Source of the DNA: Harriotta raleighana | Lineage: Eukaryota | NCBI GenBank assembly: GCA_050575255.1 | Contig: JBNZDD010013605.1 | Span: 1,821,368-1,885,367, forward strand | Length of the DNA: 64,000 bases | Direction of reading: 5' to 3' | In this document: piece by piece, positions 1 to 14,600 of the stretch | Layout of the letters: every line of letters starts with the position of its first letter | How positions within the stretch are numbered: the first letter of the stretch is position 1 | Position numbers and translations under genes: made by a program | Notes under the pieces: generated by a model | What the model was told of the DNA's origin: nothing | Databases searched by the model: none | The model's input: only the letters and a program-made list of their open reading frames with translations

Positions 1-853
1 CGTATAAGTGCTTTGAGAAGCCTCGGAACACATGATACGGCAGTATGTCTAATGCAAGGATTATTATTAGTGTGATTTTTTTATGTAGCTGCTCGTACGA
101 ACCTCTTCCTTTGCCCATCCGTTTCGCTCACCCGAAGAGAGTTGCAGTTATTCGACACCCTCCTCGCCTCCATTGGTGGCTGTGCTTTTAACCACTACAC
201 CCCTCATCTCTGGAACTTCATGCCCCCAATCCCTTCGCTCCCTGAGAAGTTGTCCTATGTGAAGGGAGCTATAAAAATCCAAAGTTATTGTTGATCACAG
301 GCAATCGCTCCACTTTCCCCACACATTGTTACCGACTGTTCAAAGGGGACTTAACAGCCAAACTCGCATCGTCCAGCGGATCAAACTCAAAACTCCTTTC
401 TTGCATTCAAATCCTTCTCGGAGACCACCTTATCTCTGCAACATTACCGTGTGCTCGGTGGATATTTGGTGTGCTTTATTCCCCTGCCTGATCTGCCTCA
501 TCATTAGTGGGCGAGCATTTAATCATTCTGCCCCCAATCTGTGGAACTTGATCCTTGAGTCTTTCTGCCTCATCCCCTTCCTTCCCAGTTTTAAAGCTTG
601 CCTTGTACGTGCTTTCTCTTTGAAAACTCGCTTTGCTGTTGAATACACTTCCACCCCTTACCCCCTTCACACACACATCTCTGGTTGATAGTGTTGAGGC
701 TTTATGTGAAATAGAAATTTGGTGGGATTTGCCTTTTTGGAATCCATACTTCTTGTCTCAAGAGGAGGAAAGGGGAGGACGGGAGACACAATTGAGGGGA
801 ATGTTGACTGTGCGTTAGCCCAACACCTAGTTTTGTTTCTTCAATCCACACAG

Positions 854-991
854 CGGAAAGATGCTACGATAATGTTGGCGACACCTCTCACGTTGTTGGG
901 GAGACTTGGGAAAGGCCTTACCAAGGCTGGATGATGGTCGAGTGCACTTGTCTTGGAGAAGGGAATGGGCGCATCACCTGCAGCTCCCGCA
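854..991 (+). CDS. FN1: FN1 exon 5, type I-4
   Basis: cag|..|gtatgt, 138 nt; [42 protein letters not shown]. Confidence 0.95.
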
Positions 992-3900
992 GTATGTTAT
1001 CAGTCCTCTTCCCCCATGCTCTTAAGTCTCTTTATCAATACCAGTATTAATGAACTATCGAATACTTAACTTCCTGTTAATTTAAGGGCTTTTAATGGGC
1101 ATAAAATCGAGTTTTGAGTTTGAGAAGTCCACAAGTCAAGTTTTTACATGGGAGTAATTGTAATTTATTTGGATGGAGTGGAGGAATCCTGTAGTTTTAC
1201 GCTAAAATCTAATCTTGTTTTTTGAAAGTTTAAAAAATATATATTGTAAGGTGTTCGTATCTACATTGTCAGACTGAACCTACTGAGAATGGAAAGGGTG
1301 TGACTGCAGTCTCTTCTCTATACCCATTTACAGACAGGTGTAATGACCAGGATACAAAGAGTTCCTACAGAATCGGGGAGACCTGGACAAAGACAAATGC
1401 CCAAGGAAAACAACTTAACTGTGTTTGCACAGGCAACGGGCGTGGCGAATGGAAATGTGAAATGCATGCATCTTTGACATCTGAAAGTAAGCGTGTTTCT
1501 GTTCAGGATTAAATCGGATATTGGGCTGGTCAAAGTTTGCCCATTGCGAACTAAAACCAATATATATTTGGGAGACTGATACTAAAGTGGCTTAAAATCT
1601 TTCACAAGTTTTTTTTTACTTCTTCACTTCTAATATGGTAAAACTGATCACCGATAGAATAGCACAGCGAGTTGTGAGTGTGTTGGCAACAATTCATTGT
1701 CTTTTCATTAGATTTCTCAGTAGATTTCTCGCATCAGGAACATTATTGAACTTGGAAATGGAGCTCACTTGGCTCAGTTCCAGAGCTCCTGTAGCTCAGT
1801 GGATAGAGCACTCGCATTACAAGTGTGTGTGTTTGAATCCAGGCTGATCAGGCCAAGTTTCCTTACTCCACACGCCTAATAATAATCCATCCCAAAAAAA
1901 ACACAATAATAAAATGGGTCATTTCAATCCACGACCATGTGTGTGGGGGACGCTGCTGGGCGCAATTAGCTACCGCGTTTCGCCCGCAAATATACAATCA
2001 ATTCACTTTACAGTATATTCTGTGAAGCGCTTTCAGACGTCGATCAGATGTGAGAAGCGCGATATCAAATTCAAGGATTCTTATTATTATTTGAAATGGG
2101 TGGGAGTTTAAGATGAGTAAAGACAGCACAAACTGGGGTGGGGGGGGAAGCGACAATAATAAACCTGCATTTATATAGGGCCCTCCACGCTCGGTGTTGC
2201 CTCGGGAGAACTTCACAATGGTGGAGCCCAAGGCTGAGCCAGTGGGAGTGGGTAGCTGAATGTAAGCGTGGTCAAAGAGAATCGTCTGAAGAGGGGAAAG
2301 GAACGGGTGAGGTGAAGGGGTTGAGGGAGGGAGTTCCAAAGTTTCGGGGTCACAGTGACTGGAAAAAATCCCCATTCGCCCTTGTGTTAATGTAATGCAA
2401 GATCAGTCGTATGCCATATAGCTCTTTTGTGTGAGCTACTTGGCAAGTAGGTTCTCACTAGAGGATGGGCACTTCATTTGAACCATTTCAACATACCCTT
2501 ATGTGGTCTTCAGTTCATTTTTCTTTTGAGACCTGCTCAGATTGGTAACATATGTACTGAAAGATCCTCGTGTGGGGGTGGTGGTGGTAGGAGGGGGGGG
2601 GGGCCTGAAAATCTGATGTAAAGGAATATTTATTGACCCAAATCTTCTCCTGTTTTGTAGCTGGTGGCCCTCTTTTGGTTCACCCCGTTTACCAGCCTCA
2701 GCCGCATTGCGTCACCGAAGGTGGCACAGTACACGGTGTGGGAATGCGATGGATTAAGATGCAAGGCAGCACACGCATGCTGTGTACCTGCCTAGGTAAC
2801 GGTGTCACCTGTCAGGAGCTATGTAAGTGTTTTCATCATTGCAGTCTCTCGCTTGTCAATACAGTAATGCTGTGAATCACTCCCCAAGTACCGTAGATTT
2901 TAAAAGTACTTTTTAAGTTTTAAAAGGTGGAAAATTGACCCGTTAAAACTTGCAACTACTGTACACGTGTTGAAATATTTCCTGCGAATGCTAAATTTAG
3001 AGGAGATCGAGTGGTAAATTGCTTTCCTGCAGAATATGTATATATGTGAGTGTATATAAATGTGTGTATTATATATGTGTAGAGTGGCAGGGAAGGGGGG
3101 GGGCTGTCTGTTCATATGTGAGTCTGTATATATGTGTGTCTCTGTGTATGGATGTGTATGTACATGTATGTGATGGATATATATATTTGCGTATGTGCAT
3201 GTTTCTACAAATGAATGCGGGTGTATTTACGTGTATGCAAATTGTTTTGCGTACTCGCTTCTTTTACTCGCTAGACCATTGAGGAACTCTGATCTTCCCT
3301 CCTTATGATTTCTAACAGTTTTAAATAGTCCTTCAGAACTGTCGTCTCTTTTTCTCACTTGCCAACTTTTTAACCTTTAGCGGTGATGGCGAGATGCATT
3401 TCAACACACTCAATGCTTGACTTATTCTTCATAAAGTAACACTGTGTTACAAGTGAGCTATGTTTGTTTGTTTCCTTTGATGCCTTGCATCTGAGAGGAA
3501 TTAAGTGCGCTTCAGACAGCTCTGTAATTTCTCCAGAGACTCCTGTGTGATGCAGCGATATTTCAGAGTTTGGGCATTTCAACACTGCTGCCACTATTTG
3601 TTTAATGACAACCATTTGCAGCCTTGAAAACCAATTTTATTCTGTCGCTCTCAACTTCAAATATCATTAAATGCGTCTGGAGGACAGAATTAAGAACTTT
3701 AACTCTCCAGCAATGGCTGTGTAACTCGGTGGAAAAATATTACCCACATTGAGGCCAGCAAAGGGAACTGAAATGTGATTCCAAAACTGCCCGTAAATCT
3801 ATCTTATTCATAAGCTCTTTAAAGCTTGTCAGAATGGTGTACGTTACATGGATATTTGACACCCAGGTGCACTGAAGGAATTATCTTGGTCTCTCGGTTT

Positions 3901-5652
3901 AACTAATGGTGGGGGCTTGCGGGGCAGTCAGCCTTGGCTCAGGATCAGCTTGGCTCAGTGGTCGCACCTTTCCCTCCGAGTCAGAAGGTGGTGAGTGCAA
4001 GCCCCAAGTTGCGTCTTAGCTGACACTCCCAATGCAGTTCTGGGGTGAGTTGCATTGTTTTGAGAGGTCGTCCTTCAGATGAGCCATTAAACTGAGGTCC
4101 ATCTGCCTGTTGAGGTGGATGTGGAAGATCCTGTGACACTATTTGAAAACGAAGAGGGAGTTTCTCCCGGTGTCAAATGCACGGCGTATTGTTTAGTGAC
4201 TGTTTTGTCTTGTGATTTACCAGCGATGCAGACGTTTGATGGCAATGCAAACGGAGCGCCTTGTGTATTCCCGTTTACTTTCATGGGCAAGACTTACCAC
4301 AGCTGCACCAGTGAAGGACGTGGTGATACCAAACTCTGGTGCAGTACCACAGCAAACTTTGACAAAGATGGCAGTTACTCTTTGTGCAACGACCAGGGCT
4401 GTAAGTCAGAAACGTTTTGACATGTTTGCTTTCCGCCTAACTTGAATTTACAAATCCAGTTAAGAAGCTGAAGCAAGTCAGTTTCAGTGATGAAACTCAG
4501 TTAATACGCCCAATGGTTTCATATAAACAGCAAAAAAGAAAGATTTTTTAAAAAAAATTCGCAGAGCAAGTATTTCAGTAATTACATCCAAAACCAAGTT
4601 TAAATATGATTCTCCAGTGACAGAAACTCTTGGTTTTAAAGCAAAATCCTGTTAATACAATCCACTCACTATGTTTGTTTCTTATGGATGGAGTTAAGGG
4701 GGGTTGAAATGGGAAACTGTCAGCCTAGAAGCCGAGTCTTAATCATAATCAATATAATCTTCACGTATGATGTAGCACCTTTCACGTCTCAAAACACTTC
4801 TGTAATGTGGCTTGATTGTAGCCTCCACTGGTAATTTTTTTTTACTCTGCCAGGAAAGTTGATTTGCCTTTCTGTTTCCTTTCACTCCTTAAGCCTCCGT
4901 ATATGTCAAAACCCGAGGAGGGAACTCAAATGGGGCCTTGTGTTACATGCCCTTCTTGTACAACATGCGCAATTACACCGAGTGCACGGCTGACGGAAGG
5001 AGGGACGGCATGAAGTGGTGCGGTACCACACAAAACTACGACGCTGACAGCAAATTTGGCTTCTGTCCAATGCCCGGTATGTTTCACCCTCCCTCCCAAT
5101 TCCCCCTGCACTCTTTTCTCCCCTCTCCTCTTCTCCCCCCCCCACCCCTGTACAATCTACGTATGATTATTAATTGCACAATTGGAAGTTGTGTTTGTAT
5201 TTGCATTTCCTGCCTGAAAATCAATGGGTGGTTGGGGGTGGTGGGGGGGCTGGGGTGGGAAAGGGTTAAACGTCAGCAATAAAATAAAACTTCTCTCATT
5301 GGTGTGAACGGTGTGTGTTTCCAACCATGAGCGCTTTTGCTCTCTTGTGCTGCTGCTTGCTGCTCACTCTTCATTTTTCTCCCACTTTCCACCGACGTTG
5401 CTAGAAAACGAAGAAGTCTGCACCACTTCCGAGGGGGTCATGTATCACATCGGAGACCAGTGGGACAAGCGCCACGACCAGGGCCATATGATGAGATGTA
5501 CCTGCAATGGGAATGGTCGTGGGGAATGGAGTTGCATTGCACACACTCAGCTTCGAGGTCTGTCGTTACGCCTGAACAGACAGCTCACCTTGCCTTTTAT
5601 TTTCCGTGCAATGTTCATTGCCGTTGCCAGCAAATAACGTGTGCATTTCTGT

Positions 5653-5686
<34 letters not shown>

Positions 5687-8600
5687 ATTTAATGTGTGCA
5701 TATTCATTTGTGTGAGTGCGCGTGTGTATGCATGTGAGCTGTGCAATCCATGCATGCGCGTGGAAAAGTTTACAAGAAAAGCAGAAACATTCCTTGGGTT
5801 ATGTTCACAGTTTATCTGCTTGGGATTCCATTGGTACAAAGATGCTATCTGGCTCCCTTTTTTTTTTTGTGAATGATTTACTCGTTTTAAAAGTGTTGTC
5901 TGAGATTTGGGATCGTGGAGTTCAATCTTAGCCTCAGATCAGTCGAAAACAAGCAAATAATCTATTCTGCGCCTGATGAAACCCCTTGAACCTATCCATC
6001 GGGGGTGTCTACTTCTCTCTTGAGAGAGAGAGAGGGTTTCTGGTTTCAGTTTACATTAGGAGCACATGGTAGGACATTTAAAGGTGTATCACAAAGCTCT
6101 TCGATCTAGAATGCAGTGTGTTCAGATTCCACATTGATTAGCAAAGGTAGGAAGAGACGAGAGCAATGTTTGTTAGTTGCAATGGTTAGTTACAGCCAGG
6201 AACATTGCCATTGGATTCAAACAGCAGTTCTGATGAATCTCAAAATAGTGAGCCCCCAGTCTCTGTTCACTGATTATATCTTAATTCTAAGAAGGATTAA
6301 ACTTTACAATGCGTTGATGTGATGGTGAAAAATGTACACTTTCTGCTACTTGGTTGGTTTTGCCAGGATATACCATCTTCCATTCTCCCCCACAGATCAG
6401 TGCATCGTAGATGGGGTGACCTACGATGTGAATCAGAACTTCCACAAGCAACACGATGAAGGGCACATGATGAATTGCACTTGCTTTGGCCAAGGCCGCG
6501 GGCGATGGAAGTGTGATGCCATTGGTAAGTTTATATATCTATAGATAAGTGTGTGTGTATATATATATCTATATATGTGTGTATACATAATGTGTATGTA
6601 TGTAGATATATATATAAAATGAGTGTGTGTATTTTATATACATCTATGTGCATGATATATGTAAATCTATATACGTGTGCATGTTTTGATTCCATCCATA
6701 AATCAGTATATGTGATTTAAATGTGTGGCGTAATCATTACTGTAAAAGTCTGTTTATCTGGCATCCTCGGATGGGGGGGGGAGGGGTGGAGGTGGAGGTC
6801 GACTAATTGACTGTACCAAAAACCCAACATAAAAAATGTACTTATTTTAAAACATACCATGTTAATAATATCTAAATAGTAACAGAATGTTGTATGGATA
6901 CTTACCAATAAAGCAATAAAGCATTCCAGCACACTCGGTAAAGCATTTTTTTACCGATTGGTAAAAGCCCAAGTTTGTAAGTTTAATAAGTGCGCCTGCG
7001 CACGCATTGCACGCGTGCGCAAAGCGAGCAAACTCACGATTGCTGGAATGGGGAATTGCCCCGGGAGGGGGTCGAGCAATCCGGTTGATCGGGTCACGGA
7101 TAAATGGGCTTTTACTATAGATGTAATGTCTTTGGTAAGTCGATAGACGTGGTGTCAATACATCACCAGCAGAAGGCCTGAGCCTCGTGGACCCTGTGAT
7201 CAGCAGCCTCATTCTTTGCTGCTGGCAATGAATTTCCGACTTGAGAAAAAATCCCCATATGGTTCTGATTTGAGCGCATTACAGCTGAGCTCTGAACTGG
7301 ACCAGGTGCACAACTCTTCCCCTCTTGTGCAGTAAAATGTTCCAGGTCGAAATTTAATTCGTTTTTTCCTGGCTCGCATTTTGGCGTCTGCGGGTGATGC
7401 AGAACAGTCTAAATATTGAGGCAGTTTCGAGCAATGATGGGGGAGTAATGACAAGATCCGAGATGGAAATCTTGTGCCATAATCTTTGTGGAGTTAACAG
7501 CCTTGACGAAAAAAATGGGTTCCTTTAGTTTGTTTGCACGTCGGGAAATGCCTACACTTGTCGAACCAGCTGGCAAATGAAATGCCTCTCTTGCAGATCA
7601 ATGCCAAGACACAGAGACCCGCGAGTTTTACCAGGTCGGCGAATCGTTCAATAAAGTGCTTCACGGGATCACGTACTTGTGCCACTGCTACGGGCGGGGA
7701 GTTGGTGAATGGGGCTGTGACCCACAACAGCCCTACCCAGGTACAGTTCATTTGCTCTGAGCCCGAGACCCATATTCCTTGGTGGCTATTCCTTGGGTGA
7801 AAAGCTGTAGGTCAACCATTTAACCATTTACTCTCCATCTACCCTCCTTCTCCCCCCCTATTAGAAGTAGTACAAGTGAATTAGTTGTCAAAAGCAACAG
7901 CATACCACTGTAATGCAGAATTTGTTTTTGGTTAGGATTCAGGTAAAGGGAAGATAGAGGCTGGGTGCAATGGTGTATGTGTGGTGGGGAGGAGGTTGGG
8001 TGGGTGAAGACGACTTCAACTTCTTGGAAGATTGTACAAAAGCTCTGCATTAAAGTAGAACAGAAATGATGGCTTGTTCCATGTATTTTGGAATGTCAGC
8101 CCCCAGTTTAACATTTGTACAGTCCCAATATCTTCACCATAACTGGGGACATTTCCCACAATTGGCAGAGCAAGAAACAAATGGATATTGAGAAAAGCCT
8201 TCTTCCCCCTGTGAAAGTTTACACCAGCCAGTATCCAACTTAACTCCCCGAGCAACTTTGTGCAGTTGTTCTTTGTCTCGTTTCGCTCCACTTGCCCGGA
8301 GGGAGAACATTCTATCTTGATGGTGTAATTCTCCCTCGCAAACTAGCTTTACTGTACGCTATCTGTATGAGCAGAGTCTCGTTCTGTTTGTTTTTATCTG
8401 TTTAAAAGGGCCGGAGGAGTTGCCTGGGGCTGGCAAATGCAGAATCCTCACGAGCCAAGCCACATTAATGTGGTGATGGCACTGGATGGATTAGGAAGTA
8501 GGGAGCCAACCAGATATAGATAAGGAACCTTTCATACCCCGCTAGCATTCCAGAGGGAAACACGTGGATAAACAATTCAGTTAGTCACTCAGTGCTGTGA

Positions 8601-11600
8601 TGAGAGCAAGCGATACTAAAATTAGGAGAGTTGAGGGTTATAAATGATGGTTTAAAGGGGCAGCTATTCTGCTGATTATATCCCTCCCTTCCTCCCCTCC
8701 ATGCTTATTAGCTTGTTCATGGAAGTTGAACATTGTAAGGTCTTTGTGAATCCTTTGCTTTTAATTTTATAGCAGAAATATGAGGATAAAACACTGTATC
8801 CTGATTCACGTTCAACATTCCCCCACTCCCCTCCAACCCCCATCCAAACAATGGGAGTTCCCATAAGCCAAATTCACGTGAGCGCTTTGGGTTGTCCTCC
8901 CGACGTTAAAGATGCTGTCCAAGTGTAATTTTGTTGTTGTTGAAGTAGCTTTATTGTTGAGTCCTGTGGTCCGCAGCTGATTGGAGTTAAGCAGGCGTGG
9001 GGGCTGTTTATAGTCACTGCTTTTGCTGTAAAAGTTGAAGCTCTGCTCTTGTCCACAAAGCCAGGCATCTGCCGCCTGTCTGTTTGATCAGAAATCTCTC
9101 AGGAACATGACAAAGCACAGTATGTATGAGCGGAGAGTAGCTTCCCTTCAACCTGGGAAAAACGAGAGGGGGAGGCTGAACTTCAGCTGCTGCATCTTTA
9201 ACTTAGTTTGAAACATTGGCTAACTTTGGGTTGATATATCAGTTGACTTTGGTTTTCCACAGCAGTGGACTGGCTTTTTTTTGGAAGCTCTGATGTGATT
9301 GATCTATATTGACGTCAATTCCTCTTTTCTTGAAAGAGAAATCTCCTAAGGATTTATTGTCGGTAAACTCTTATACTCTAGCTCACATGTTTCCCTGCCT
9401 GTTCCAAGTGTTTCCCTGTTCCAAGTGTTTTCTGTGCTGTTCCAGAGCCTTTTTCCTCTGGTTTCTGTTGCACAAGATTTACGAGCTTTCAACATTGTGC
9501 GACCTGTGATGTACTGAAACTGACCTAACTGGAACAAGCAGAGAGATTTGAACCACTATACGCACCCCCTCCACATCCAACATCATTTGATTGAAATTGA
9601 ATCTCGTCCAATTCATATTGTATGAGGTAAAATGGTTAGAACTGAAGCCACCACTTGCACTTTTAGCTAGTTGTACTTTTATTTTTCCCCCCCCACCCAA
9701 GCTCACAATTTTATATGGGATAATTAAATTTTTCATTAGGGACTAGTGGATTATTTTAGCTAGCGGGATTGGTAAGTAGGTTAATAAATAACTGAGCATT
9801 AGTGACTTGCTCACTTCTTCCACCATTGGTGTCCTGTTTACAACCATCAGACAGAGAGATGTGGGACTGGTAGTAGGGTCACAGGAGATTGCATAGCCGC
9901 ACTCGTCGATGGTTACCGCACTCATCGAGCAAACGAGAGGACCTGCTTTCGATTCCCAGTCGGGATGAAAGTTTAGGAGAGTTTCCTTACTCCACACAAC
10001 TCTTGTTTACCCAGTAATAAGTTGATTTGTCTATTGCTCCCTCCAAAAAAAAATTGGTCATTCAATCCATGACTGTCCTTGGGACACTGTTGTATGCAAT
10101 TGGGTACCATGTGATTTTGTGAAGTGTTTTCACCCACAAAATACACAAGTAGATTTTGTGAAGTGCTTTTAAAAATCTCAACACCATGATTAGGCACTGT
10201 ATCAAATGCAAGAATTGATTATTATTATTATCACAAAGGTATGGTGGGGAGGGACTGAGGTCATTGAGGGATTTGAATGCAAACGCGAAGGATCTTGGAA
10301 TTTGTAGCAGATTTCAATGGCCAGTTGCATTCTTTAAGATAAATCAAATCTTCTTACAGGAGGCAATGGAGTTCGAGTCCTGATCACAGAGACTGGGAAC
10401 CAGCCAAACTCCCATCCTGTCCAGTGGAACGTCCCAGCTTCATCTCGCATCAAGCATTACATTCTGATGTGGAGACCTGTAAGTAAATCAGTCAATAAGT
10501 CAACCACTTGGCTAATATCCCCCATTATGCAAGAGGCCTGACCCTATGTCAAAACAGTGATGAGCATCAGGAAATGCAGTAAACAGGATGCTGCTAACAG
10601 TATTGCTAACTCAGTTGAGTTTGGATCCCTAGACATCGTACTCTTGTAAGTTGTACAGTGCTCTGGTCAGGACACAACTTGAGTATTGCATACAATTCTG
10701 GTCACCTGCCCAGACGCAAGAGGCAATGCAGAGGAGAGCAACAAGGATTAACATTGAGCAACGATTAAGGTTCTTCAGTTTTTAGAGAATATGTTTCCCA
10801 AGATTGAAGAGATTGAACCCAGAACAATACTTTCGGATGCACCAATACAGAAGAATGACAGGCCTTGAGTTTAGAGTTCTAGAGGGCATTGTCAGGACAG
10901 ATACTAGGAAATATTTCTTTACTTGGAGGATAATTAGCAACTGAAACTGATTGTAAGGATCGTGTTTAGGGCCAAGAAATTGGATCAGGTTAAAAAGCAG
11001 CTTGATGCTGCTATGGGAAGATTGAGATGGGATGAGTTCAAGAAGTCCATGATAACAATTGTTGACTTATCATTTATAATATCCCCTGCATGTATTTCCC
11101 TTGTACATATCTGTTTGTATGGAAGGGTAGTGCTGGTTTCTCTAAAGCTTCTATCTTTCCTTGTTAATACCATTTTTACCTCATCAGAAAAACAGCAGAA
11201 TCGACTGGAGGGAAGTGATTATTCCTGGCAACAAACACACCTACACCATCAGCGGCCTGAGATCCGGGATCACATACGAAGGCCAACTCATCAGTATCTT
11301 GCACTATGGGCAGAGAGAGGTCACCTATTTTGATTTCACAACCTCACAAGGAGCATGTAAGTAATGCTCCATGAAGCACCCAATGCTCACTCACCTCCTA
11401 TGTAAAACCATAGAAATGGACAACGGTGGGGGTGGAGGGATGGAACATTATGTATTTGCTCTTCCCAAGAAGAGCCGTCCATCCTAATCCCAATCCCCTG
11501 GTCTTTCCCCACATCCTCCCAATACGTTTTATCTGCCTGTGTTCATCTAATTCACCTTTACGTGTTCCCAATTGACTTCCAATCTGGTAAATCATCGCTC

Positions 11601-14600
11601 CTTATTCTGAGAGCAGACAACCTTGGCAACTCATTCCATCCTTCCGACCACAAGAGAGACCCTCTGTAACCAGACATATGGAGGGAGTGGGGTTGGAGGG
11701 GTGGGTGGGGAGAGATTTTGCCACAGTCGAAATTTTGCCATAGTCAAACTGTCTGGTTAGTTCTTCAACCAAACTTCAAACGACAGCTACAGAAAACCCG
11801 GACATAAAACTTTGGACATAAATCCAAAGATTTTGAATGCTCTGAAAATGCTGCGAAAGTGATTGAAAGTCTAAACCCAGGTGGAGGTTGTTCCCCGTCT
11901 CCATTCACTCTCTCAACTCAAAACAAAAGCGCATTTTACATGACTGCATGGAATGTGAGATCTTCCAATGGGGCTTTTTTTTACTTGAATACGTTGCAGT
12001 TATTGTTTCTCTTTTCCAGTGAACTTGTTGTGTCATGAGGGTGAAAGAGTTGTTCCGTCCCGAGTGCTTTTAACTTCAGGCTTGTTCTAGAGGCGAACAC
12101 TTGTTCTTTGTGCATCGGTGGTGACCTTGAACTTGTGTTTCCTGTTTCCACACAGTGGCCCCAATCGAGGGGGAGAACACTGCTGTCATTCCCCAAATTA
12201 ACATTAGGGAGACCCATACTTCGGCGGAGTCCATCACTGAGATCACCTCCAACAGTTTTGTGGTCTCCTGGGTGTCTGCCTCAGACACTGTGTCTGGTTT
12301 CAGAATCAAGTATGAGCTCAGTGAGAATGGCGCCACACCTCGGTACCTTGGTAAGAAATGAATTTATTGACTGTACGCTTTGGCTAATTAACTTGGGAGC
12401 AGTGAAGTCTTGTCTTAGTCTCTAAAAAAAACGTTTTGATTTTAGGATTTAAAATCGTGCAGAATTTGTGGGAAAATTAATCTTTGATTGCAAACCAAAA
12501 TTCTGCAATTTTTTTTAAAAAAAGGAAAACTACTACCTTAAGTCTAGACGTAAGACTTTTCTATTATTAAACTTGGAAAACAAATACAGAGACCAAAAGT
12601 ACTGTTGATGCAATTTGGGGTCCTTAAATGTAACATGGCCTCCTCCTTATGTTCCCCTCCCAGACGTTGGAAACACTGCTACATCTGTTTCTATTCCCAA
12701 CCTATTGCCTGGTCGCAAATACATCGTCAATGTATTCGAAGTGACGGAGGAAGGCGAGAAGTTGATCCTGACGACCACTCCAACAACTGGTAAATTCACC
12801 AAAAGAACAACATTTAATAATTAACGTCATTAATAATTACATTTGATATACTGGGGGCGCCATTCACGTCAGGAGGGATGTTTCAATGCTTCTCTCGGGA
12901 CACGCTGAAAAACGTTGGGAGCAGCTGTTGAATTTAATCTCTTTACACCTTTCCTTCCAGCACCTGACTCTCCCACTCATTATCGTGTTGATGTTGTAGA
13001 TGAAACAGCCATCACCCTAAGATGGTCCCCACCTCAAGCTCCCATCACAGGTACTTTTAAGTCTATATTACCAGAGTCATTTGTCAACTCCTAGACAGAA
13101 ATCGGGACACTCGCATGAAGCAGGAGAACTGTTCATCGCTTTTAAAGAGAAGAGGGAAAAATTGAGGTGTGTTATTTATAGGAGTAAATGTATTTATTAT
13201 GAATTGATTCTATCGACTTGTTTTGTTACAAAAACGTGACGAATGATAACCAACGTACCTGACTGTGAAACTGTACCTTGTAACACTGTGAAGGTTACCG
13301 AGTGATTTACACGCCCTCTGTGGAAGGTGCCAGCACTGAACTTACTCTGCCCAGCACGTCTACCTACGTGACCTTGAGCGACCTCCACCCTGGGGTGCAA
13401 TACAACATCACCATCTACGCTGTGGAGGAGCAACAGGAAAGTGTTCCTCTCTTCATCCAGCAGACCACGGCCGGCGAGACACTCCAAGGTACCAAAGGTC
13501 GAGCGACGGTCAGGAATTTGGTGGGGAAATCGCTTATCTCGACCGTAGGCATTTAGGGGATGATTTTCGCACTCTTTTCTTCTCCTTGTGGTTTTCTTAA
13601 GTTAGAAATCTGGGGGTCCTTAAATGTAACTGAACTTATGCTCCAACGCCACTCACTCCTGCTTATTCTGCGAACTGGTCTGCAGGATGGGCGGGTCCTA
13701 TAGTTGTGGAAAGGTTTACCTGGCAGAGAATGAGGCTGTTTGTGACTGGGAATTCAGAATGGGAACTAATTGTTCGTCGCACACTCTTACAAACTTCTTT
13801 GTAAGTAATCGCACAGCATCGGAACTCCTAAGGTACCCGTTAAGGGTCAATGTCAGCCTCGAGTCTTTGAGGCCGTGACACTCAAAAACATTTTGCTTTG
13901 TGAATCGTCGGGACAAAGAATGTTGAAAATTGCGCAAGGTTTGTACATGTCAAGTAATAAATTGGGGTGAAGGTCAGTAATAAGCTGACAGGAACATAAA
14001 AACAAAACGGCTTAATAGAAAGCAGCTGGACTGGGTTCCACAGTGATTAACCATCCCTCCAAGGCAGTGGAGCCAGTGAAAATTACTCCCCAACGCAATC
14101 CTATATTATCAGCAATATGATCAGCACAATACGGGTCATGTTTCAGTGCAGTCAGACTTCCACTAAACTACATTCTGGTGGGAACATTTTAAAATTCACT
14201 GGCCAGACCGCAGACCAAAAAGCAGACAGGAATGTACTGTATACTGGCTTTTGTTCTACTCTTCCCTAGTCTGCTCAGGGCGTGGGTGACCTTTTAGGGT
14301 CAAAACCTCTCTGCAGAAATTGTTTTTTTTTAAAAAAAAATTATTGTGGCAGAAAACCACCGCAATAATTTTCCCCAAAACAGAAACTTTCATTAAAACA
14401 GAACAGCTCACAAGACAAAAGCACTTTGTCTATCTGTGTGTCTGTCTTCAAAGCAGAAGGAGTGATTATTCAGTCCATGGTACATTCTTGTTGCCATATT
14501 GGGTCAAAATATTCTGCAGAAATCTTTGTCTGATAAGGTTTGAGGGCATGTTGTTTTTCCTTCCCAGAGGATTGATGAATGGAGGGTGACTGGGTATCAC

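Noticed and set aside
4115-4223. ORF extending from the Deu-SINE into the type II-1 exon
   Set aside because: Chance open frame; the real acceptor at 4223 gives the expected exon size
8409-8480. Possible cryptic acceptor in intron 12 (tttaaaag|ggcc)
   Set aside because: In-frame stop and no convincing donor
10479-10541. MSF-like read-through after III-1a ([20 protein letters not shown])
   Set aside because: Strong GTAAGT donor, no canonical AATAAA seen in the intron, and no resemblance to the human VSIPPRNLGY tail beyond the donor-encoded VS
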